Part shown: piece by piece, positions 10,995-20,697 of the stretch
Layout: the number at the start of each line of letters is the position of its first letter
Numbering within the stretch: the first letter of the stretch is position 1
Source: an uncultured delta proteobacterium
Lineage (GTDB): Bacteria; Desulfobacterota; Binatia; Binatales; Binataceae
Direction: 5' to 3'
Length of the DNA stretch: 64,000 nucleotides
NCBI GenBank assembly: GCA_963808235.1
Contig: CAWEEQ010000002.1
Location: 160,001-224,000, forward strand
Notes under the pieces: generated by a model
Database searches by the model: none
What the model saw: the letters and a program-made list of their open reading frames with translations, nothing else
Told to the model about the DNA's origin: nothing
Position numbers and translations under genes: made by a program

Positions 10995-12176
10995 ATGAAT
11001 GACTATTTGTACGAAGTTGCGCGTCGGCTGGTGGAGTTCGACACCGTCAGCGCCAAAAGCGATTTGCCCGCGATCGAATATTTATCGAAAGAGCTCGCCG
11101 CCCGCGGCTTCACGACAGCACTTCAACCGGTCGAGCTTTTGGGCGTCTCGCAGGCCAATCTGGTTGCGTGGGCAGGACCGCCTCGTGCCGACGGGCTGAT
11201 CATTTCGGGACACGTCGACACCGTGCCCTACCTCGGCCAGCCGGGATGGGAGCGGGAGCCGCTCAAGCTCGAAATAGCCGGCGAACGAATCTACGGCCGC
11301 GGCACCACCGACATGAAGGGATTCATCGCGCAATGCCTCGATGCGTCGCGAACTCTCGTTGCGACCAAACTCAAGCGCCCGTTGGTGTTTGTATTCACCG
11401 CGAGCGAGGAAGTGGGATGCCTGGGTGCGCACAGCGTCGCGCCGGCGTTGGCGCAGATTCTGGGTGAGGTACCGGTGCCGCGACTCGCATGGATTGGCGA
11501 GCCGACTTCCTACACTGTGTGCCACGCGCACAAAAGCATCGTCTCGTTCAACGTGACGGTTCGCGGCATCGGTGGCCATAGTGGGGCGCCCGCGAAGGGC
11601 GTCAACGCGATAGCTGTGATGGGGCGCGTGATCGATGCGATCGGCCGGCTGCAGGAAGAGCGGCGCATCGCTGCGAATCCCGAGTTCGCTGCGGTCTTTC
11701 CTGACGCGCCGTGCGATGTACTCAACTTTGGAAGCATCCAGGGCGGAATCGCATCGAACATGATTGCCGAGGAATGCAGGCTGAGGATCAGTTACCGCAC
11801 GCTGCCCGACGAGGACCCGCTCGAGATACATCGCGAGATCGGCCGCCGCCTTGCCGCCCTCGATACGCACGATTACGCAGGTCGCGAAAATCGAGCGAAG
11901 ATCGAAGTGGGGCCCACGAGCGTCGTGCCGCCGCTCAACTCGCCACGCGGTACCCCGCTCGAAGCAGTTCTGTTCGATGCGACCGGTGCCCGATCCAGCG
12001 GCGGCGCGCTCTACGGCACCGACGGCGGATGGTTTACCGGCTCGAACATCGTGTCGCTGATATGCGGCCCCGGCGACCTAGACCAGGCGCATCAGCCCAA
12101 CGAATACGTCCGCCGCGACGCATTTGAGCGCGGCCCCGCGATCGTGCACAAAGTAATCGACAAGATGTGCTGCTGA
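10995..12176 (+). CDS. argE: M20 family metallopeptidase, acetylornithine deacetylase-like
   Basis: SGHVDTVP, GRGTTDMKG, EEVG, IGEPT and AHQPNE motifs. Confidence 0.8.
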   Translation: MNDYLYEVARRLVEFDTVSAKSDLPAIEYLSKELAARGFTTALQPVELLGVSQANLVAWAGPPRADGLIISGHVDTVPYLGQPGWEREPLKLEIAGERIYGRGTTDMKGFIAQCLDASRTLVATKLKRPLVFVFTASEEVGCLGAHSVAPALAQILGEVPVPRLAWIGEPTSYTVCHAHKSIVSFNVTVRGIGGHSGAPAKGVNAIAVMGRVIDAIGRLQEERRIAANPEFAAVFPDAPCDVLNFGSIQGGIASNMIAEECRLRISYRTLPDEDPLEIHREIGRRLAALDTHDYAGRENRAKIEVGPTSVVPPLNSPRGTPLEAVLFDATGARSSGGALYGTDGGWFTGSNIVSLICGPGDLDQAHQPNEYVRRDAFERGPAIVHKVIDKMCC

Positions 12177-12262
12177 GTAAGGGCCGCTGTTTCCTCATCG
12201 TTGCCTTCATCATTTTGGAGTATGTACTTCACGCAAGTCCCCAAGATGCGCGGCGTAGAGCG

Positions 12263-13225
12263 ATGAAACGGAACACGGGAGTCGCGGACCATATCGTGAT
12301 TTTTGGCGGCAGTGGCAGTCCCAAGCTGACGCTCAAGATTTGCCAGTACCTGAAAACGCAACCCGGGGTCGGAGAAGTGTTGCGGTTTTCGGACGGGAAT
12401 CTGTTCGTCCGGGTCAAAGAAAATGTGCGTGGTCGCGACGTATACCTAGTCCAGTCAACGGTCTTCCCCACCAACGACAATTTCATGGAACTGCTCTTCT
12501 GGATTGATGCGCTGAGGCGAGCGAGTGCGGAGTCGGTGACCGTCGTTATGCCCTATTTCAGTTATGCGAAAGGCGACAAGAAAGACGAACCCAGGGTTTC
12601 AATCCGCGCCCGCGTCTGCGCTGATGCGATTGCGGTGGCCGGAGCTGATCGGGTGGTGACGCTGGACTTACACGCACCACAGATCCAAGGCTTCTTCCAC
12701 ATTCCCGTGGACGACTTGTATGCCCTGCCGGTGCTCGGCAAGGAGATTGAACGATGGAAATTGCCGGACCTCGTTGTGGTTTCCCCTGACACCGGCTTTG
12801 CAAAGCAGGCCCGGAAGTATGCGTCGTTTTTGGGTACTTCCATCGCTATAGCGGACAAAGAGCGTAAGGCCCACGATGAGCAGGCTGAGATCCTGGAGAT
12901 CATTGGCGAAGTCCGGGGCAAGACGGCGCTGCTGGTCGACGACTTCACGATCTCCAACGGCACGCTGGTCAGCGCGGCGGAAAAGCTCGTCGAGCTAGGT
13001 GCAAGAGCCGTGTACGCGGCCGTCTCTCATGGGGTCTTCAGCGAAGGTTCGATGGAACGGCTAGAGCGGAGTCCGATTCAGCGTCTGCTGGTGACAGACT
13101 CGATCGAAACACAACCTGTGGTGTTTTCGCGCAAAGTCCAAGTTGTCTCGGTGGCACCCCTCTTTGGAGAGGCAATCCGGCGTATCCATGACCGGGAAAG
13201 CATCAGCGTGCTGTTCCCAAAGTGA
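12263..13225 (+). CDS. prs: Ribose-phosphate pyrophosphokinase
   Basis: RFSDG, ENVRG, PYFSYA, DLHAPQIQGFF, VSPDTG and LVDD motifs. Confidence 0.95.
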   Translation: MKRNTGVADHIVIFGGSGSPKLTLKICQYLKTQPGVGEVLRFSDGNLFVRVKENVRGRDVYLVQSTVFPTNDNFMELLFWIDALRRASAESVTVVMPYFSYAKGDKKDEPRVSIRARVCADAIAVAGADRVVTLDLHAPQIQGFFHIPVDDLYALPVLGKEIERWKLPDLVVVSPDTGFAKQARKYASFLGTSIAIADKERKAHDEQAEILEIIGEVRGKTALLVDDFTISNGTLVSAAEKLVELGARAVYAAVSHGVFSEGSMERLERSPIQRLLVTDSIETQPVVFSRKVQVVSVAPLFGEAIRRIHDRESISVLFPK

Positions 13226-13356
13226 AGCCACAACGTCGGCATTCCCAGCCGTTCGGCTATTTCACTGAGATTGGGATTCGCACGTCGAAGGACGACGCAA
13301 GCGCTACGCCGTTTTTTAATGCCGGGAAGAATTTCCATTGCTTGAAAGTCTCGAAA

Positions 13357-14154
13357 TCACCGCAGTCTCCCGCTCACATAGCTCGCCGCGAATCCTAGTG
13401 CCAAAAACGCCACGATCGTCGGGCCGGTCGGAAGATCGAACCAGTACGACGCGAATATCCCCAGCAAGCTGCAGGTCAGCCCGAGGCCGGTCGCGGCTAT
13501 AAACGCGACGCCCAAGCTTCCCGCCACCGACAGTGCCGCCGCACCCGGTGCCACCAGCATCGTGAACGTCAGCAGCGCGCCCACGCCGCGAATCGCGATC
13601 GCGACCGCAACTCCCGCGGTCACGTAAAAAATCGTGTTCCATACCTCGACCCGGATTCCGAGCGCGCGCGCCATGTCCGGATCAAACGCGACGATCAGGA
13701 ATTCCTTGTAGGCGAAATATTGAATTGCGATTACCAGCGTAAACGCCACCAGCATCGTCCATAGCAGCGGCACCGATACGGTCAAAATATTTCCGAACAG
13801 AACGTTTACGATATCGGCCTCTCCGCGCGGCGCTTTGACGATCAGCAATACCGCCGCCGCCGACCCGCCCGCATACAGCATCCCGATCAGCGCTTCGAGC
13901 GGCAGCCGCGGCGAATCCGCGACTCGCGATAGCACCAGAAACGTCAGCACTGTCAGCACCAGCGCGACTGCGAACGGCTCGTATTGCAGCAGGACCGCCA
14001 GCGCCACTCCCGCCGACGAGATCTCGGCGACTGCCGCGCCGACAAATACAATTCGCCGAAGCACCACGTAGACGCTGAGCGGCGCCAGTCCGAGGGCCAC
14101 AAGGACGCCTGCTAACAGCACGTGGCGCATGAAGGGAATTGCCAGCAGATCCAT
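13357..14154 (-). CDS. Zn/Mn-type metal ABC transporter permease (ZnuB-like)
   Basis: Highly hydrophobic; LFGNIL and FDPDMARALG motifs; in operon with the ATPase and SBP. Confidence 0.9.
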   Translation of the reverse strand: MDLLAIPFMRHVLLAGVLVALGLAPLSVYVVLRRIVFVGAAVAEISSAGVALAVLLQYEPFAVALVLTVLTFLVLSRVADSPRLPLEALIGMLYAGGSAAAVLLIVKAPRGEADIVNVLFGNILTVSVPLLWTMLVAFTLVIAIQYFAYKEFLIVAFDPDMARALGIRVEVWNTIFYVTAGVAVAIAIRGVGALLTFTMLVAPGAAALSVAGSLGVAFIAATGLGLTCSLLGIFASYWFDLPTGPTIVAFLALGFAASYVSGRLR

Positions 14155-14871
14155 CTACTCCGCTCCCGCGTATGCGCGTGCCAGCATCTCGGGCGACAGC
14201 ATCGTCTGCTTCTCGCCGATCAGCATCCCGCCCGCGCGCGTGATGAGCGCCACCCGACGCGCAAAGTGCTCGATCGCGCTCTGCAGATGGGTCACGAAGA
14301 CGATGGTCGTCGATCGTTCGCGCTGCAGGTCCATCAGCAGCTCCATGATCGCGCGCTCAGCCTGCACGTCCATTCCGTTGGTGGGCTCGTCGAGTAGCAG
14401 AGCTTCGGGCTCTCCCGCTAGAGCGCGGGCGATCAGGACGCGCTGCTGCTGTCCGCCGGATAGTTGCCGATAGGGCCGATTGACGCGGTCGGCCATCCTG
14501 ACCCGCTTGAGGCACGAGCGCGCAATCTCGAAATCGCGCCCGCTCGCCGCGCGCATCGAGGGAATCAGTCCATAACGGCCCATCACCGCCACTTCCAGCG
14601 ACGACAGCGGAAAGTGCGGATCGAGCCGCTCGCGCTGTGGAACGTAGCCGAAGCGCGGCGATTCACCGTTGCTCCCCGGAAATTCGATCGTACCCCTAAG
14701 CGGCGGCACCAGCCCCAGGATCGCCTTGATTAGGGTGGTCTTGCCCGACCCATTCGGACCCATCACGCCGAGAAAATCACCGCGCTCGATCGTAAAGTCG
14801 AGCTTGTCGAGCACCACGTGCCCGCGGTAGCCCAGCGTCAGGTCGCGGCCACGAACCAATTCAACTGTCAT
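14155..14871 (-). CDS. Metal ABC transporter ATP-binding protein (ZnuC-like)
   Basis: GPNGSGKT, YVPQ, LSGGQQQR and LLLDEP motifs. Confidence 0.93.
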   Translation of the reverse strand: MTVELVRGRDLTLGYRGHVVLDKLDFTIERGDFLGVMGPNGSGKTTLIKAILGLVPPLRGTIEFPGSNGESPRFGYVPQRERLDPHFPLSSLEVAVMGRYGLIPSMRAASGRDFEIARSCLKRVRMADRVNRPYRQLSGGQQQRVLIARALAGEPEALLLDEPTNGMDVQAERAIMELLMDLQRERSTTIVFVTHLQSAIEHFARRVALITRAGGMLIGEKQTMLSPEMLARAYAGAE

Positions 14872-15772
14872 GGCCGCTGAACGCCTTCACGAACTGGTTC
14901 ACGACGTAGTCGATCATCGAGATGTAGTCCTTCTGCTCCGACGTTCCGCCCACGTCTATTGTCAGATTCAAGCACGGCACACCGGCCTGGGTCGCGATCA
15001 ACTGGGCTACCGAGACGTTGTAGTAAGGCTCGGTGACTATCGCGCGCACCTTTTCCTTCTTCGCGATTTGGATCACTTCCTGCACCCGCGAGGGTGACGG
15101 CGCGAACCCAGGCTTGTTCTCGATGGTAGTCGGAATCGTGAGCTTGAAGGCGCGCGCGAAGTAGTCCCACGATTCGTGATAAGGAATGAAGGCGCTGCCC
15201 GCGAAGGGCGCCATCTCAGCGTCCCAATTTTTCTCCGCGGCCGTCAGCCGATCGTCAAACGTCTTGAGGTTGCCGGCAAAGTAGTCCTTGTCCGCGGGGT
15301 CGACATAAGAAAGCGCGTTGAACACGTTCTGCGCCATGATTCGCCCGGCTTCAGGGTCGAGCTGGTAGTGCGGATTTCCGTAGGGGTGAATATCGCCGAA
15401 GCTGTAATCCACGCGCCCCTTCGGGACGTCCATCAGCGGAATCCCGACCGAGACCTGCGCCTTCACCAGGTCCGAGTTGTTGGCCTCGTCGACCAGGTCG
15501 CGGGACCACTCCTCGAGTCCGAGTCCAATTTGCATGAACAGTTTTGCGCGATGAATCTTGAACAGGTCGCTCGGGCGCGGTTGGTAAAAGTCCGCGTTGA
15601 AGCCGCCCGGCACCAGCGCCTCGACCTCGATTTTGTCGCCGCCCACCGTCGTAACCAGCGAGGCGAGATCCGTGGTGGTGGTCACGACCCGCAGCGATGC
15701 GGCGTCGCATCGCGCGACCATCGTCACCATGATCGCAATCGTCGCTAAAATTTCAGCAAGAGGTTTTCGCAT
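14861..15772 (-). CDS. Metal ABC transporter substrate-binding protein (ZnuA/TroA family)
   Basis: Signal peptide; VVTTTTDL, GDIHPYGNPHY and YHESWDYF motifs. Confidence 0.9.
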   Translation of the reverse strand: MRKPLAEILATIAIMVTMVARCDAASLRVVTTTTDLASLVTTVGGDKIEVEALVPGGFNADFYQPRPSDLFKIHRAKLFMQIGLGLEEWSRDLVDEANNSDLVKAQVSVGIPLMDVPKGRVDYSFGDIHPYGNPHYQLDPEAGRIMAQNVFNALSYVDPADKDYFAGNLKTFDDRLTAAEKNWDAEMAPFAGSAFIPYHESWDYFARAFKLTIPTTIENKPGFAPSPSRVQEVIQIAKKEKVRAIVTEPYYNVSVAQLIATQAGVPCLNLTIDVGGTSEQKDYISMIDYVVNQFVKAFSGHDS

Positions 15773-15776
15773 TTGG

Positions 15777-17222
15777 TCAGTCCAGTGGTTTCAGGTTTCC
15801 GAGTGAGAAAGTCGCCTGCAGAAAAACCTCGTCGGCCGCGCGCAACGGTCCCGTCGCGGCCTGCGTCCCCGTCGAATGCGTGTACTGTAAGCGCAGCCGG
15901 GTGTTGTCGGAAACGAAGTAGGTGAGGATCGGCGAGAGTCCGAGTTCCGTCCCACTCGGCACTCCCGGAACGTCGGCGACGTTGACCAGCGCTCCCGCAT
16001 GCCAGCGCAGCCGGAAGTTGTAATCGAGCAGCGTGTAGATGCCGCGCTTCAACCCGTGATCGTTGGCTCCGGTCCGTTCCGAGAGCAGTGCCTCCAGATT
16101 CCAGGTCCATACCTGCCGCTGGGTTGGCGAATACCGCAATTGGATATACGGATCGGCCATGTAGGTCGCGCCACCCGGCCCGGGACCGCCCGCGAAGCTC
16201 GCCCCGGTGGTCAGCGCGCCGGTCGTGAACAGGTCGCGCGAGTAGTCAAGCGTGCCGATATACGCGAAATCGTAGTTGCTGCCCTGACGATGGTTGAAGC
16301 TGATCGCGTTGATACCGCTGACGAAGTTGAAGTCGGCCTTGAGCGGGAGGTCCCACGGATTCGGGATGTAACCCTTGAGATTCAATCCCGGCTCGATCAG
16401 TCCGTCGTCGCCGATATAGAACGCGAGCGCGTTGGGCCGGTTCAGCATCGGCAATTGAAAAGTGTCGGTCTCGTTGAGCAGTCCGAACTCCGGCCGGAAC
16501 TGCCCCGCGCGCAGCGACAAGTCATACGGCAGCTTGTTGAAGGTCAGGAACGCTTCCTCGATATTGAACGCGCCGTTGTTGGGCTTATCGATCGAAATCT
16601 GCGCGGTCGTGTACGGATCGATCGGCGAGAAGAAGATCAGTTGGGTGTCACGCGGCTGAAACTTGTCGTCCGCCGGATTGTAGCGCGCGTCGCCTTTGCG
16701 AATGTCGCTCTGCCTGAAAGTGAAATCGCCGACCGCGCCGATATCGGGGATAAACGTTTTCGAAACTCCCTCCAGTCCCGGAACGATCACGCCTTGTCCC
16801 GACGGCTCCGCGTTGGCGTAACCGGGTGCGAGCGAGGTTGGTCCCGAGACCGGCCCCGGCATCAGTTTCTTGACCGCGCTTCCAAGCGTAATTCCAGGCG
16901 GAGGATTTGCCGGAAGCGGCTCTCCCGCAGGCGTCACACCCGGCGGTGGACCGCCCTGCGCTGACGCGGCAGGGTTGGCAGACGCCGCGTTCTCAGGAGA
17001 TCCAGTTTTCACGGCGCCGCTGTTGACTCGCTCCTCGAGCGCATCCATCCGCTGATGCATCGAGCGAAGTTCAGCCTGAAACTCCGCCAGCTCTTTTTTC
17101 AATTCAACATTCTGCGCCTTCAACGCGTCGTCGCTATCCGCATAGAGAGGATTCGCAAAAACGATCAGCAGACCCGCATTCAGTACCCAAATCCATCGCC
17201 AAAGATTGGCCGCATTTCTCAT
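15777..17222 (-). CDS. Outer-membrane beta-barrel protein with N-terminal coiled coil (metal-uptake associated)
   Basis: Signal peptide, coiled coil, Pro-rich linker, IDPY..IEEAF..RAGQF and amphipathic C-terminal strand (FLQATFSLG). Confidence 0.75.
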   Translation of the reverse strand: MRNAANLWRWIWVLNAGLLIVFANPLYADSDDALKAQNVELKKELAEFQAELRSMHQRMDALEERVNSGAVKTGSPENAASANPAASAQGGPPPGVTPAGEPLPANPPPGITLGSAVKKLMPGPVSGPTSLAPGYANAEPSGQGVIVPGLEGVSKTFIPDIGAVGDFTFRQSDIRKGDARYNPADDKFQPRDTQLIFFSPIDPYTTAQISIDKPNNGAFNIEEAFLTFNKLPYDLSLRAGQFRPEFGLLNETDTFQLPMLNRPNALAFYIGDDGLIEPGLNLKGYIPNPWDLPLKADFNFVSGINAISFNHRQGSNYDFAYIGTLDYSRDLFTTGALTTGASFAGGPGPGGATYMADPYIQLRYSPTQRQVWTWNLEALLSERTGANDHGLKRGIYTLLDYNFRLRWHAGALVNVADVPGVPSGTELGLSPILTYFVSDNTRLRLQYTHSTGTQAATGPLRAADEVFLQATFSLGNLKPLD

Positions 17223-17319
17223 CGTAGTCACTCCCTTCCGCTCAGAGTTGGCGGAACGGCGACGCGTGAATCTTCGTCACGCAACGAAACAGGACGTATG
17301 TCTACAAACGAGGGGGGAT

Positions 17320-17643
17320 CTATGCGGCTATGGGAGGAGCCCGCGTCAGCGCCGACGCGGAATCGAACGAAGCGAAACCAATCCAGGAATCGGTGCTCGC
17401 GACTGTGCTTTCGATCTGCAGAGGCTCGACGAACGGCGCGCTGGTTGAATTGAGACTCGAATGGAACGCGAGCTGGCAAACAGGGCAGAGTCCATTGTCG
17501 GCGCTGAACTCGGCGGTTATTACCCAATCGCGCGAGACGACGCTCTCATGAAAATGAATTGCGCCGATGAGTTGAGCGAAGAGGACCAAGGTCGCGCCCA
17601 TGATCGCGACCGTGTTCCCTCTTTTCTGGAACCAGGAAATCAT
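17320..17643 (-). CDS. DUF2946-like leader protein (HxH, CxxC, C-terminal RAPP)
   Basis: N-terminal TM, HFH, CPVCQ and terminal TRAPP, located upstream of the outer-membrane/metal ABC operon. Confidence 0.7.
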   Translation of the reverse strand: MISWFQKRGNTVAIMGATLVLFAQLIGAIHFHESVVSRDWVITAEFSADNGLCPVCQLAFHSSLNSTSAPFVEPLQIESTVASTDSWIGFASFDSASALTRAPPIAA

Positions 17644-17779
17644 CGAGTCATGCGAATACTGCCGACAATGGAGCCTGCCGCGCGACAATGCGATGTGTCA
17701 AGCGAGTACACGGGCCAGCCGATGGCTTGGCGAATTCGTCACGATCGGGTTAAGTTGCGTTTGAGACGGAGGCATCGTC

Positions 17780-18631
17780 ATGAACCAGTTTAAAGTCGGC
17801 GACGTGAAGATAACTCGAATCATCGAGAGCGAGGCGCCGTGGCCCGGGACCTGGCTGCTGCCCGACGCGACCCGTGAGAACGTTCAGAAAGAAGCGGACT
17901 GGCTCTACCCGACTTTTACTGACGAGAAGGGGAAGTTGCGGATGAGCATCCACGCGCTTGTGCTCGAGTCACAGGGCAAGCGCATCATCGTCGATACCTG
18001 CATCGGCAACGAGAAGCAGCGCTCGAATCCGGCGTGGTCGAATCTGCAAACGCCGTTCCTGAAGGACCTCGAGGCGGCGGGTGTTACGCGCAACAACGTC
18101 GATCGCGTCATCTGCACGCATCTGCACGTCGATCACGTTGGATGGAACACGATGCTCAAGGACGGGAAGTGGGTGCCCACGTTTCCCAACGCGCGCTACC
18201 TTATCGGCGGCACCGAGTGGGACTACTGGTCAACCTTCGACGGAAAAGACATGCGCGACCCGGTCGAGGATTCGGTGCGGCCGATCGTTGAGACAGGCAT
18301 GGCCGACATGATCGATTCGAACTTTCGCGTGACTGACGAAGTATGGCTCGAGCCGAGTCCCGGACACACTCCCGGCCATCACAGCGTGCGAATCTCATCG
18401 AAGGGACAGAACGCTGTGATCACCGGCGACCTGATGCACCACCCGATTCAATGCCGATATCCCGAGTGGGACGACGCGTTTGATTCCGACGGAGCGATGG
18501 CGAAAAAAACCCGGCGCGCATTCTGCGAGAAATACGCCGACAGCGGAGTGCAGGTCTTCGGCACTCATTTCGCGACGCCGTCTGCGGGAAAAATCGTTAA
18601 GAAGGGCGACTCGTTCCGCTTCATCGCATGA
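17780..18631 (+). CDS. MBL-fold metallohydrolase (lactonase-like)
   Basis: THLHVDHVGWN, PGHTPGH, GDLMHHP and GTHF motifs. Confidence 0.92.
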   Translation: MNQFKVGDVKITRIIESEAPWPGTWLLPDATRENVQKEADWLYPTFTDEKGKLRMSIHALVLESQGKRIIVDTCIGNEKQRSNPAWSNLQTPFLKDLEAAGVTRNNVDRVICTHLHVDHVGWNTMLKDGKWVPTFPNARYLIGGTEWDYWSTFDGKDMRDPVEDSVRPIVETGMADMIDSNFRVTDEVWLEPSPGHTPGHHSVRISSKGQNAVITGDLMHHPIQCRYPEWDDAFDSDGAMAKKTRRAFCEKYADSGVQVFGTHFATPSAGKIVKKGDSFRFIA

Positions 18632-18640
18632 GCGCCTTTT

Positions 18641-19294
18641 ATGGGTGACGTAACACTCTCGTTCGACAACGGTCCCAATCCCGAGGTCACCCCGCTGGTA
18701 CTCGACGTGCTCGCGCGCCGCGGGGTGAAGGCGTCGTTCTTCGTCCTTGGGATGCATCTCGAGTCGCGCGAGCGGATGAAACTTGCCGAGCGCGCGGCGG
18801 CCGAAGGGCATCGCGTCGGCAATCACTCATTCACCCATCGCGTGCCGCTCGGAATCGATCCCGCTCCCGATGCGGTCGAGCGGGAGATTGCCGCGACTGA
18901 GCGCGTCCTGGGCACGCTCGCGCAAAATCCGAAACTGTTTCGTCCGTTCGGCGGGGGCGGAAAGATAGGGCCTCATCTGCTCAGCCCGGCCGCGGTCGAG
19001 CACCTTACAGCCAACCATTACACCTGCGTGCTCTGGAACAGCGTGCCCGAGGATTGGATCGATCAAGATGCGTGGGTCGCGCGCGCGATTGCCGACGCCC
19101 GGTCGCGGAGCCACACTCTGGTCGTGATGCACGACATCCTGCCTCGCGCGATGAGCCATCTTGACGGATTCATCGGCGCGCTGCTGGACGAGGGCCATCG
19201 TATCGCCGATGAGTTCCCCCGCGACTGCGTTCCGATCGAGGGCGGCGAGATCGTCCGCGACATCTCGGGCTTCGTATCGCGCGGCGCCGCTTAG
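18641..19294 (+). CDS. Polysaccharide deacetylase (NodB family)
   Basis: LSFDNGP, GNHSFTH, FRPFGG, DW and MHD motifs. Confidence 0.88.
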   Translation: MGDVTLSFDNGPNPEVTPLVLDVLARRGVKASFFVLGMHLESRERMKLAERAAAEGHRVGNHSFTHRVPLGIDPAPDAVEREIAATERVLGTLAQNPKLFRPFGGGGKIGPHLLSPAAVEHLTANHYTCVLWNSVPEDWIDQDAWVARAIADARSRSHTLVVMHDILPRAMSHLDGFIGALLDEGHRIADEFPRDCVPIEGGEIVRDISGFVSRGAA

Positions 19295-20069
19295 GAAATC
19301 TCGCTCGAGAACCGAATCGTCTTCTTCTTCAATCCTTCGAGCACCACCTCGACCCCGCCGCTCCGCATCATCCATTCCAGCCGATGGTCGCGGTATTGCC
19401 GTGCGAACGCTCCCGATTCCAAAACCTGCGGGAGCGAGCCCATCGATCCCGCGAATTGCTGCGCCGCCTCGAGCGTTTTGCGCACGCTCGGCCGCTCCTC
19501 GACGCGCGCCAGCCATCCGGCAAGCCGAGTGCCCGCCTTCGGCTCGACGCCCCAGACCACCGAGCCGCGTACGTGCGGGAAAACGCTTAAGTCGCCGTAT
19601 CCGAACGATGCGCCGTTGAAAAATTGCGCCGTGCCGAGTTCGCGTTCGAGCCACGCGTGCACACCCGCGGTCTGTTCGACTGCTTTTGCTTCGATTCGCT
19701 TCGCCGGCTCGCCGCTGACGCGTTTCCACGCCCGCACTTCCATCAAGCCCCAGTTGATCGCCTCGTAGTAAGTGTCGCAGACGTTTCGATCATTCTGACC
19801 CGCGCCCGCTCTCGCGGCGTTGGCGGCAACATCGCGGGCGCCGGCCATTTCTCTTCGATGTAATCGAGGATGATCGTCGAGTCGAAAATCGCAAAGCCGT
19901 CGTCGATCAGCGCGGGCACCTCGAGGCGCGGATTGGTTTTCGCAAACTCGGTCGGCGCACCGCTGAACGCGTCAGGCACTTCGACTTCGAAGGCGACGTT
20001 CTTTTCGTAAAGCGCGATCTTGACCTTTTGCACATACGGCGAGAACGGATGCTCATAAAGTTTGGGCAT
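19291..20069 (-). pseudogene. Glutathione S-transferase, frameshifted near 19785
   Basis: N-half reads HPFSPY..NPRLEVPAL..DSTIILDYIEE. One base is missing at ATC GAA ACG TCT; restoring it gives IEDVCDTYYEAINWG in the frame of ORF 19291..19848. Confidence 0.8.
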
Positions 20070-20135
20070 GACGACAACCTCCGGCGCCAATGATCAGTCT
20101 TTGCGGAACATAGCAGGTCTGTTAGCCTTTTGAGT

Positions 20136-20645
20136 ATGAGATCGTGGTTGCGGAGAGTATGGAGCCTTAACGGCGCCTTGGCTTTTGTCGTCGTCGTGGC
20201 GATTGCCTCATCGGCGTTCGCGTTCGATATCGGAAAGATCCTCAACAACAAACCCAAAGAGCCCGACCAGTTCGCGATCATCCGCGTCGATCGGCTCGCG
20301 TCACTGATGGCCGATTCGAACTCACACGTTAACATCTACGATGCGAACGGATGGGGCCTGCGCTCGCGTACCGGCGTGATTCCCGGAGCGCATCTTCTAA
20401 CCAGCGACGACAAGTATGATGTAGCCACCGAGTTGCCGTCCGACAAAAGCGCGAAGCTCGTCTTCTATTGCGCCGACTTGCATTGAACTGCGTCTCATGA
20501 AGCCGCCCGGCGGGCGGAAGCAGCGGGTTACAGCGACGTGAGCGTCATGAGCGACGGAATCCAGGGATGGAAGCAAGCGGGCAAGCAGGTTGACTATCCC
20601 GAGCTTGGCGCAAAGCAAGACGAACCAAAAAAACAGGACGATTGA
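20136..20645 (+). CDS. Exported rhodanese-domain selenoprotein (UGA at 20484-20486 read as Sec)
   Basis: FYCADLH-UGA-TASHEAARRAEAAGYSDVSVMSDGIQGWKQAG completes the rhodanese C-terminal signature. A hairpin CCGCCC-GGC-GGGCGG has its loop 22 nt after the UGA. Confidence 0.8.
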
Positions 20646-20697
20646 AGTTGTTGTCTGATCCTCGCGCGGGCTGACGGCGATTACATATAGTGTCGGC

